Source of the DNA: Nitrospiria bacterium | GTDB taxonomy: Bacteria; Nitrospirota; Nitrospiria; JACQCE01 | Direction of reading: 5' to 3' | DNA length: 28,192 bases | Assembly (NCBI GenBank): GCA_035499635.1 | Contig: DATJYI010000141.1 | Coordinates: 1-28,192, forward strand | Shown: positions 1-7,081 of the stretch, piece after piece | Position numbering within the stretch: the stretch's first letter is position 1 | How the letters are laid out: each line of letters begins with the position of its first letter | Notes under the pieces: model-generated | Database searches by the model: none | Told to the model about the DNA's origin: nothing | The model's input: the letters and a program-made list of their open reading frames with translations, nothing else | Position numbers and translations under genes: made by a program

Positions 1-465
1 GTTCACAGACAGGGTCGTTTCCTGAAAATTCCACTGGTAGGTTTGGGCGAGCGAGGTGTGCTTGACCTCGTCCGGCTCGCCGTACCGGTGCTTCAGGGCG
101 GCGACGGTGTCGTTCAGTGAGCCCATATAGAAGCCATAGACCTTGAACAGCCCCGTGTCCGGCTTGAAGCTCAGATAGACCTGGCCGAATTCGGGATAGT
201 GCAGCGCCTTCCCGTCCAGTTGAAAGATGGTGACGTTGCCCTCGACCGGATCATGCAGGATCGTATATTGGTTCCGTTCGAGCTTCAAGGCTACCGCGAC
301 GCGGTCCGACGGCATGCCCCAGATGATTTTCGAGAGGAGGAGATTGTCGATCTGGCGGGTTGCCGCGGCCGGCGAGCCGGCCGGCAGGCCGATGGCGACG
401 GCAGCCAGCAGGCCGCACATGAAGCAGCCCAGCAAAGACCTTCCCGATCGGTTGCCGCGCCGCAT
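1..465 (-). CDS. Exported hypothetical protein, runs off the left edge (missing from the ORF track)
   Basis: ATG at 465, 5 bp after the groES stop; frame open to base 1: MRRGNRSGRSLLGCFMCGLLAAVAIGLPAGSPAAATRQIDNLLLSKIIWGMPSDRV...; basic N-terminus, hydrophobic stretch and AAA cleavage-like site. Confidence 0.75.
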   Translation of the reverse strand, partial: MRRGNRSGRSLLGCFMCGLLAAVAIGLPAGSPAAATRQIDNLLLSKIIWGMPSDRVAVALKLERNQYTILHDPVEGNVTIFQLDGKALHYPEFGQVYLSFKPDTGLFKVYGFYMGSLNDTVAALKHRYGEPDEVKHTSLAQTYQWNFQETTLSVN

Positions 466-470
466 GGCCG

Positions 471-803
471 TTATCCCACCATCTGTCCCAGGACGTCTTC
501 TTCCCTGACCAGCACGAGCTCTTCGCCGTCCAACTCGATTTTCCGGCCGGAGTATTTTTCATAGATCACCCGGTCGCCCGGCTTGAGCGTCGTCTTGACG
601 AAGACTTTTTCCTTTGCAGATGTCTTGCCCTTGTGCGATCCCGGCTCGTCCGGCTCCGTATAGCGTCCCTCACCGATGGCGAGCACCACCCCTTCCTGAG
701 GTTTCTCCTTGGCGGTGTCGGGAATGAAGATCCCCCCCTTCGTCCGCTCATCGGCCGACGACGGACGAATCAACGCCCAATCATGAAGCGGTTTCAATGC
801 CAT
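471..803 (-). CDS. groES: Co-chaperonin GroES (Cpn10), stand-alone paralogue with roof insertion
   Basis: KPLHD N-terminus, mobile loop ERTKGGIFIPDTAKEKPQEG, KPGDRVIYEKYSG, LVREEDVLG; GGAGGAG RBS. Confidence 0.95.
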   Translation of the reverse strand: MALKPLHDWALIRPSSADERTKGGIFIPDTAKEKPQEGVVLAIGEGRYTEPDEPGSHKGKTSAKEKVFVKTTLKPGDRVIYEKYSGRKIELDGEELVLVREEDVLGQMVG

Positions 804-841
804 TGGCTCCTCCGATCCCTTTTCCCAAAATGCCGTCCGCC

Positions 842-870
842 ATCTTAGCGTAGGGGTAGTTAAAATTCAA
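842..870 (-). promoter_or_regulatory. Sigma70-like promoter for groES
   Basis: TTGAAT (870-865), 17-bp spacer, TAAGAT (847-842) upstream of groES. Confidence 0.6.
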
Positions 871-917
871 GACGTGGCGGTGGCGAATGAGCTCCAGACT
901 CCCCCCAGGTCGGGGCG

Positions 918-1160
918 CTATCTCGGCAGTCTGGAATGGGTGCCGTCGCAGAACGGCGGATTGCCGGTCTGCTTGCACCCGCAGAGGGCGACCCTTTTTT
1001 TCTCGGTCAACCTTAATTCAATCGGTGTAAATTCCGTGCCTTTGTGCGAGCCGTCGCACAATGGCTGGCTCTTGGAGCGGCCGCAACGACACCAATAATA
1101 GGTGCCGGGCTCCAGCTCTTTGACATACGGGGCGCGTTGCGCGATCTGTGGGGTCGTCAT
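918..1160 (-). CDS. CDGSH iron-sulfur protein with two CDGSH motifs (CISD3/MiNT-like)
   Basis: WCRCGRSKSQPLCDGSH and LCGCKQTGNPPFCDGTH. Confidence 0.95.
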   Translation of the reverse strand: MTTPQIAQRAPYVKELEPGTYYWCRCGRSKSQPLCDGSHKGTEFTPIELRLTEKKRVALCGCKQTGNPPFCDGTHSRLPR

Positions 1161-1188
1161 CTGTGCTCCTTGGATGAGAATGACGGGG

Positions 1189-1515
1189 TCAGGGCGGACC
1201 GGGCCGCCTGTTCGAAGACCCCGGAGTCGGACCGGACACTGACTGTCGGGAAAGGCGGCGCCGTCTGAAGCTGTGCACCAGGCTGGTGAACGAAGCGGCC
1301 ATGCCGGTGAGCAGCAGCGCCAGCCCCGTGCGAATGGCCCAGCTGTGGTGGTCGGTCAGGCCATAGATTGATATGAGGAAGCCGATGCCCAACGCGCTTT
1401 TGCCCACCAGTTGCGCCGTGACCATCAGATGAGACAGACGCGCGTGTTCCTCAGTCGCGGATGGGTCGGCGGAGCGCCGCTCGGATGGTTGATCATGACG
1501 CGGAACGCGCTTCAT
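1189..1515 (-). CDS. Hypothetical membrane protein, 2 predicted TM helices
   Basis: Hydrophobic segments SALGIGFLISIYGL and TGLALLLTGMAASFTSLV followed by RRRR; starts 6 bp after the upstream stop. Confidence 0.6.
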   Translation of the reverse strand: MKRVPRHDQPSERRSADPSATEEHARLSHLMVTAQLVGKSALGIGFLISIYGLTDHHSWAIRTGLALLLTGMAASFTSLVHSFRRRRLSRQSVSGPTPGSSNRRPGPP

Positions 1516-1521
1516 CCCGTG

Positions 1522-1728
1522 CTACTCCAGTTGGCCGTAAAAATAGTAGGAAATTCCGAAAAAAAGGAATACCACGCCGACGATCCGCACGACCATGTTG
1601 AAGCTTTCCGCCCAGGGAGGCGGCCGTTTCGATTTGCGCCAGGCCTGTTCCATCATCTTGGGGATGATGAGCACATCGATAAGGCCAAACACGAACAGCG
1701 CAATCCCCGCGAGTTGGTTGTTGGTCAC
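1522..1728 (-). CDS. Small hypothetical membrane protein (68 aa, 2 TM)
   Basis: Two hydrophobic segments around a basic loop; starts 1 bp after the SDR stop. Confidence 0.75.
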   Translation of the reverse strand: MTNNQLAGIALFVFGLIDVLIIPKMMEQAWRKSKRPPPWAESFNMVVRIVGVVFLFFGISYYFYGQLE

Positions 1729-1729
1729 G

Positions 1730-2464
1730 TCACATCCCCCACGCGCCGCTCAGATGGATGTTGGACCCGTTCACGTACCGCGCCTCGTCGGACAGCAGAA
1801 ACCGAGTCGCCGCCACCGCGTCGGCCGTCTCTCCGAGGTAGCCGGCGGGGATTCGCTTGACCATCGCGGCCATCTCCGCTTCCGGCGCGCTGCCGGAGCG
1901 GATGAATCCCGGCGAAATGGCGTTGACCGTGATGCCGTGCGGCGCCAGCAGTTTGGCGAAGGAACGGGTCAGCACCAGCACACCCGCCTTGGCGATGTAG
2001 TGGGCCGTCAGTTCCGGCTGGGCGATCTGCTGATCCGCGTTCGCCATGCTGAAGCTGATGATCCGCCCCCATTTGCGGCGCTGCATCCCGGGGGCCACCG
2101 CCCGGCCCAGATAAAAAATGGGGTGGAGGTTGTTGTCAAACATCGAGTGCCAGCCGTCGATCGATTCCTCGAGGAGGTTGATCCGGTGGTAGGGGCCCGC
2201 GCCATTGATGAGGGCGTCGATCCGGCCCCAGTCCCGCTCAACCCGATTCACCAGTTCTCCGGCCGCCCCCGGGTCCGAGACGTCGCAGACCACGGCCAGG
2301 GCATTCCCCCCATTCTGTTTGATGGCGTCTGATGTCTCTTCAGCGGCGGCCTGGCTGGTCCGGTAACAGAAGGCGATGTCCCAATCACGTCCCGACAGAT
2401 CGAGGGCGATTGCCCGGCCGATGCCCTTCGCCCCGCCGGTGATCAATGCAACACGACGGCTCAT
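1730..2464 (-). CDS. Short-chain dehydrogenase/reductase with non-canonical active site
   Basis: TGGAKGIG Rossmann motif, INGAG, ITVNAISPG; HYIAK where YxxxK is expected. Confidence 0.92.
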   Translation of the reverse strand: MSRRVALITGGAKGIGRAIALDLSGRDWDIAFCYRTSQAAAEETSDAIKQNGGNALAVVCDVSDPGAAGELVNRVERDWGRIDALINGAGPYHRINLLEESIDGWHSMFDNNLHPIFYLGRAVAPGMQRRKWGRIISFSMANADQQIAQPELTAHYIAKAGVLVLTRSFAKLLAPHGITVNAISPGFIRSGSAPEAEMAAMVKRIPAGYLGETADAVAATRFLLSDEARYVNGSNIHLSGAWGM

Positions 2465-2707
2465 TGGCGCATGGGCGGCGGCCCCCTCCTTACCCGACCA
2501 TTCGGAGGACGGACTGAGAGGACCGCGTCATAATGCTTCTTCGAGCTGTGAACCAGTCAGACGGCATCGGGGTCATTGCTGCTCTCACATGCCAAACGCG
2601 TTGCGACTATCAAATCATCTCCGCCATGTTGCCGTCAATTCGCCTCAGAACTCCTGTTCCACGCGTCCTGCCGCATGAAACAGACGACCTCTGGCCCCGA
2701 TACGGCG

Positions 2708-2736
2708 AATGTACAAGATATGCGGGTGCAAGTCAA
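2708..2736 (-). promoter_or_regulatory. Sigma70-like promoter upstream of the SDR-CDGSH cluster
   Basis: TTGACT (2736-2731), 17 bp, TACATT (2713-2708). Confidence 0.55.
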
Positions 2737-2895
2737 CGGGGCGAGGGCGTGGCCGGCACGCGCCACCGGATGAGCCATGACAAGCGCCGACGAGACAGGT
2801 CAACGTGAACGAAGGGGCCGGTCGTCTCGACAGCGGGTGAGCCATTCTGACGGGGTTGGCGGGCGGGGCGGCGGAAAGGGGCTGTATGAGCTCCC

Positions 2896-4164
2896 TTACC
2901 CGCCCCGGGATCCTCCCCGGCCGTTGTAATAGAGCGTGACCGTCCCCATCACGGTGTAGTTTCGGTGATAATTATTTGTATAGACGGGGAGGGCCGCGCC
3001 GATTCCCCAGGTCGCCGCAAAACGCTCTTTGCGGGGCCACGTCAGTTCCAGCTCGGCGGCGGACCACAAAAAGGACCATGCGGGGGCGTTTGCGGAGCCG
3101 AAGAAGAGGCTTTGCCCGCTCTGCCACTCGCCGAAGAGTTCAAAAAGATACCCCGCCTGCCATCGCGCGTTCATCACATGTTCGAACACCGCGGTGTAGT
3201 AGAGCAGGTTGCCGTCGACCATTCGAATGGACGTGCCGGTGGGCACGCGGGTCAGGCCGTCGTTGAACGTATATCCCCCTTGCGCATGAGTCGGGTTTTG
3301 GACGATTTCGTTCAATTGCGCGTAGAACATAAAAGGCCGGGCTCGCTTCCGGATCAGAAGACCGATCGCTTCGTTGACGGTGCCGTTGCCGAACTGGTCG
3401 ACGCCCTGCTTGGCGGGATCAAGATCCTCATAGTTTCCAGTTGGAGCCGTGATCCCGAACGTCAGGCTCGTGGCCGGAACGGCTCTGATTTCATTGGTGT
3501 CGGCGTCGGAGGTCAATTGCCACTTGATCTGAACATTCGTGTCGCCCCATCCTGTACTGCTGGCCCCGGATTCCCGTCCGGTTGCATAGACCAGCGGGGC
3601 GGAGACGTCGAATTCGAGTTGATGCCCCAGCCCGACCGCCACCTTCAGCAGATTGCTGACGGTTGTGCCGCCGGATGAGAAATACGCGTACGTGATCGGC
3701 TCAAAATAGGCAGAGCCCAGCGGTTCGGTCTCGGCTGTCCCGGTAAAAAACGGACCGCTCGTGTTGGGAGACCAACGGAGTGAGGGTGAGGTGGCCTGCT
3801 GCTGAACCTCACCCGCAGCCGTTTCACCCGTGTCGCTACCTTCCGGAACTGTCGCATTGGTGGACGGGTCAGATGGATGGGCGGTGTCAGGGGAGGCGCA
3901 GTCACCCGATCCCACGGCGAAAAATATGAGACCGGCAACGATGGCAAGTATGAACAGCGCGCGGCCGAGGCGGCACCCCGCGTCGATCCGCAGGGGCCGG
4001 CTGTTCACGCCAGCAGGACGCGACGCACTCCATCGCTCCGGTGAATCGGAACAATTGCCGCCCATCTCCCGCGACGTGACGCCGCTTCCTTCCCGGAGGC
4101 TGCCGTTCCCAGGGGAGGGAATGGAAGGATCATCCGGAGGGCCTATTTCTCCCTCCCGCAACAT
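2896..4164 (-). CDS. Outer-membrane beta-barrel transporter-family protein (MetA-pathway/SphA-like); true start probably downstream, near 4064 or 4008
   Basis: Signal-like RALFILAIVAGLIFFAVG, low-complexity linker, then amphipathic aromatic-rich strands including GWGDTNVQIKWQL and FGITAPTGNY. Confidence 0.72.
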   Translation of the reverse strand: MLREGEIGPPDDPSIPSPGNGSLREGSGVTSREMGGNCSDSPERWSASRPAGVNSRPLRIDAGCRLGRALFILAIVAGLIFFAVGSGDCASPDTAHPSDPSTNATVPEGSDTGETAAGEVQQQATSPSLRWSPNTSGPFFTGTAETEPLGSAYFEPITYAYFSSGGTTVSNLLKVAVGLGHQLEFDVSAPLVYATGRESGASSTGWGDTNVQIKWQLTSDADTNEIRAVPATSLTFGITAPTGNYEDLDPAKQGVDQFGNGTVNEAIGLLIRKRARPFMFYAQLNEIVQNPTHAQGGYTFNDGLTRVPTGTSIRMVDGNLLYYTAVFEHVMNARWQAGYLFELFGEWQSGQSLFFGSANAPAWSFLWSAAELELTWPRKERFAATWGIGAALPVYTNNYHRNYTVMGTVTLYYNGRGGSRGG

Positions 4165-4543
4165 GCATGGTGATCAAATCGTGTCTTTGACGGGGGCCGA
4201 CATTGGGATGCCTGAGGGGGCATGTCTGATGAAGGCATGTCCGGCGGGCCGCCGTACGCGGCGTCCGTTGTATTAAACTGTTTCAGTATGTGTGGTGTCA
4301 TGTCAGTCATCATGTTCCCGACGCGTCCGGACTCAAAAGGCGGGCCGCTGTGGACGGGCGTCAGAGATTTAAACGGGATGGTCCCAGTTCATGGACGATA
4401 AGAGGTCCACAGGCGGCATTTCTGAGATGACTGGTGTTCGCGGAGTCACTAGCTGGCGGCACTACCGAGTTTCGGATCGGATGTTGACGGGTACAATACC
4501 ACAGGTCGGATCATGATGGAACCCCCTTTTTTGAATCCAAACG

Positions 4544-4811
4544 GAGGCGCCTTCGGGTCTATTGTGGGGGCTCGCGTCGCCCCCTTTGCCTCGAACGAAC
4601 GTGAGAGGTCACGTTCGATTCTCGGTTCAAGCACCGAGAAAAGCCTGTGGAGCCTCCCCATCACACTCGCGGTGCTCGCTGGGTAGATTCCCACGGGCGG
4701 CGCGAGCCAGAGGGCCCCGCCTTTAGGCGGGGGTGAATATAGTTTTACGCACGGAGTGCATTGTTCAAAGTCCCACGGATTCACCGTGAACGGGCTTGCC
4801 CGTGGGAATCT
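4544..4811. repeat. Non-coding hairpin-rich mosaic repeat, copy A
   Basis: Blocks shared with 14926-15186: 16/16 (4570-4585), 34/40 (4643-4682), 21/24 (4715-4738); 14-bp inverted repeat 4685-4698/4798-4811. Confidence 0.85.
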
Positions 4812-4865
4812 GCGAAGGCGTGCCGCCGCGGTATCCGCCAGATCGGATCGAGAACGGCATGCCGA

Positions 4866-5138
4866 TCAATCGGGTTCGGCGGGCTTGCCCGATTGATCAG
4901 CTCCGGCGAATTTGCGGTAATAGACGATGATGAAATGCGTGGCGATCGTGACGGCGCCGGTCGTTGAAAACGAGGCGATCAGAAAGTAGACGTCGCTGGC
5001 GTTGATCCAGAGGTGCAACGCCCCGCCGGCCCAGAGCAGGGCGGCGGCCGCCAGGAGCAGTACGCCGGTCCCGTACCCGAACTGACCCAATACAATACCG
5101 AACAACAGGCCCACCAACCCCACGAATGACCAGTGCAT
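4866..5138 (-). CDS. Small hypothetical membrane protein (90 aa, about 3 TM)
   Basis: Almost wholly hydrophobic; GGAGG 6 nt before ATG. Confidence 0.75.
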   Translation of the reverse strand: MHWSFVGLVGLLFGIVLGQFGYGTGVLLLAAAALLWAGGALHLWINASDVYFLIASFSTTGAVTIATHFIIVYYRKFAGADQSGKPAEPD

Positions 5139-5197
5139 ACGATGCCTCCGATTATGAAATGGTGACCGCCGCCGGCCCTAACCAGTAGTGGATCCTC

Positions 5198-5638
5198 TCA
5201 GAGCCCATGACGATCATTCGATGTTGGCGGCGTCGGCGGAGGCTGCATGGCGGGACAGTTTTTGATGAGATAATTCCGGGCATGATCCGCTTTCCCTGCT
5301 TCAACCAGGTCGGCCGGCGCGAGAGCGAGAAACCGGCGGAAGAATCGGCAAGCCTCCTCAATGCGTCCCTGCTTTTCATGCGCCCAGCCGATCATGAATG
5401 TCGGCGTGTAGCGCAAACTTTGTTTCGTGATCCCGTAGTCCGGCACCAGGTCGGCCGCCTGCTGGAACTGTTCGATGGCCTCGTCAAAGCGCGCCTCCGA
5501 CATGTCGATCATCCCGGCCCGGTTGTACGCGTAGGCCCGCTCCAGGCGCTGGGTATTATCATCCTGCGCGGGCGGCGGCCCGGCGACCGGCCACGCGAGC
5601 AGGCCGGCTGCCAGCACGGCGGAAACCAGCAGTGTCAC
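5198..5638 (-). CDS. Exported tetratricopeptide-repeat protein
   Basis: Signal peptide LLVSAVLAAGLLAWPVA; TPR-like FDEAIEQFQQAADLVP and IGWAHEKQGRIEEACRFFRRFLALAP. Confidence 0.8.
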   Translation of the reverse strand: MTLLVSAVLAAGLLAWPVAGPPPAQDDNTQRLERAYAYNRAGMIDMSEARFDEAIEQFQQAADLVPDYGITKQSLRYTPTFMIGWAHEKQGRIEEACRFFRRFLALAPADLVEAGKADHARNYLIKNCPAMQPPPTPPTSNDRHGL

Positions 5639-5670
5639 GACTCTTTCATGCGACTTGGCGGGCTGAATGA

Positions 5671-5781
5671 TTACCGGACGTCCGAAACGGACGGGGACCC
5701 TTTGAGTGCCTTGTTAGAGCAGGCCGCCAACGCCCCGATGGCGACGATCACGGCCATGCCGGCCACGGTGATGCGAATCAT
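5671..5781 (-). CDS. Tiny predicted lipoprotein, 36 aa (below the ORF-track cutoff)
   Basis: AGGAGG-GAGCGT-ATG; MIRITVAGMAVIVAIGALAAC-SNKALKGSPSVSDVR with lipobox LAAC; TAA at 5673-5671. Confidence 0.7.
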   Translation of the reverse strand: MIRITVAGMAVIVAIGALAACSNKALKGSPSVSDVR

Positions 5782-5926
5782 ACGCTCCCTCCTGGCTGGT
5801 GGACACGGTTGGAGTGGCTCAATCTAGCGGAAGCAGGCGCGCATGTCAACTGCCGGCGGGGCCGGGTTGATTCCGCGTGCGGATCGGGGTAAGATCCGAC
5901 CGCTCCCCAACAATTGGAGTGGCTTC

Positions 5927-6982
5927 GTGTCTGATCAGGTCATGAAACAGGCCATGATCTCCGTGGCGATTTTCATCGGCGTGACGGCGTCGTCGTTGGT
6001 CGTCCGCAAGGTGCTCGTCAGCGTGCTGCATCGCTGGGCTTCGCGGACCAAGACGACGTTGGACGATCTGCTGCTCGGCGCCATCCGGTATCCGTCCCTG
6101 CTCTGGTGCCTGGCGATCGGCCTCTACCTCGCGATCGGCACGTCGGCGCTGCCGGCGGCCTACGTCACCTACTCGTTCAAAGTCATCCACGTGCTCGTGA
6201 TTCTATCGGTCACTTTCGCGCTGGCCAACATCTCCGCGCGGCTGGCCACGATGGCCGTGCACGAAACCGGTGTCGCCCTGCCGGTCACCGGGCTCTCACA
6301 GGTGGTGATCAAAACGCTGGTTCTGTCCGTCGGCGTTCTGATCCTCCTCGACACGCTCGGCATCTCGATCACGCCGGTCCTCACCGCGCTCGGTGTGGGC
6401 GGGCTGGCGGTCGCCCTGGCGCTGCAGGACACGCTGGGCAACCTCTTTGCCGGCGTGCATCTGTTGATGGAACGATCGATCCGGGTGGGCGATTTCATCA
6501 AGCTGGAGAGCGGGCAGGAGGGCTACGTCATCGACATCGGCTGGCGGACCGCCAAGATCCGGATGCTGCCGAACAACCTCGTCATCATTCCCAACAGCAA
6601 GCTGGCCCAGAGCGTGGTGACCAACTACTACATGCCCGAGACCAAGATGTCCGCGCTCATTCCCGTCAGCGTCGGCTACGAATCGGACCCCGATCAGGTC
6701 GAGCGCGTCCTGGTCGAGGAGGCCGTCAAGGCCGCAGGGGAGGTGCCGGGGATGCTGGACGACCCTGCACCTGCCGTGCGGTTCATCCCGGGGTTCGGCG
6801 CGTCGTCCCTCGATTTCACGCTGATCTGCCAGGTCAAGGAATTCACCGATCAATATCTGGTGCAGCACGAACTGCGCAAGCGCATCCTGAAACGATTCCG
6901 GCAGGAAGGGATCGAAATCCCCTTCCCCATCCGCACGGTCCATCTCACACGGGACCGGGAGGACGACGGCCCGGCGCATTGA
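5927..6982 (+). CDS. mscS: Small-conductance mechanosensitive channel (MscS family); open frame begins at 5843
   Basis: LGVGGLAVALALQDTLGNLFAG, GDFIKLESGQEGYVIDIGWRTAKI, IIPNSKL, GIEIPFP; GGAG before GTG 5927. Confidence 0.92.
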   Translation: MSDQVMKQAMISVAIFIGVTASSLVVRKVLVSVLHRWASRTKTTLDDLLLGAIRYPSLLWCLAIGLYLAIGTSALPAAYVTYSFKVIHVLVILSVTFALANISARLATMAVHETGVALPVTGLSQVVIKTLVLSVGVLILLDTLGISITPVLTALGVGGLAVALALQDTLGNLFAGVHLLMERSIRVGDFIKLESGQEGYVIDIGWRTAKIRMLPNNLVIIPNSKLAQSVVTNYYMPETKMSALIPVSVGYESDPDQVERVLVEEAVKAAGEVPGMLDDPAPAVRFIPGFGASSLDFTLICQVKEFTDQYLVQHELRKRILKRFRQEGIEIPFPIRTVHLTRDREDDGPAH

Positions 6983-7081
6983 GGGCCGTGATCGGCGCGC
7001 AGGCAGACTGACGGCCGCATCCGCCCCATCCGTCGTGCGTCCGGGTGAGGGATAGGACGATGTGTCCATGGAGGTGCTGTC

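Noticed and set aside
804-917. CIRCE or sigma32 control of groES
   Set aside because: No TTAGCACTC-N9-GAGTGCTAA; CTTGAA lacks a properly spaced CCCCAT
4081-4104. SRP-RNA-like string on the minus strand (CAGCCTCCGGGAAGGAAGCGGC)
   Set aside because: Lacks the CAGG side of the symmetric loop, has a 5-nt rather than GNRA loop and no long closing helix; probably chance
4143-4313. 56-aa minus-strand ORF MMTDMTPHILKQF...HHACCGREK
   Set aside because: Weak RBS, no recognisable motif, and it lies in the probable promoter region of the barrel gene
4605-4635. tRNA T-loop-like GTTCGATT
   Set aside because: No T stem, acceptor stem or cloverleaf; explained by the two hairpins of repeat A
4748-4752. GTGCG on the minus strand in both repeat copies (group II intron 5' signature)
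   Set aside because: It is one arm of a small hairpin; no domain V or RT nearby
4449-4784. 111-aa ORF from the track
   Set aside because: Runs through the palindromic repeat A; non-protein-like composition
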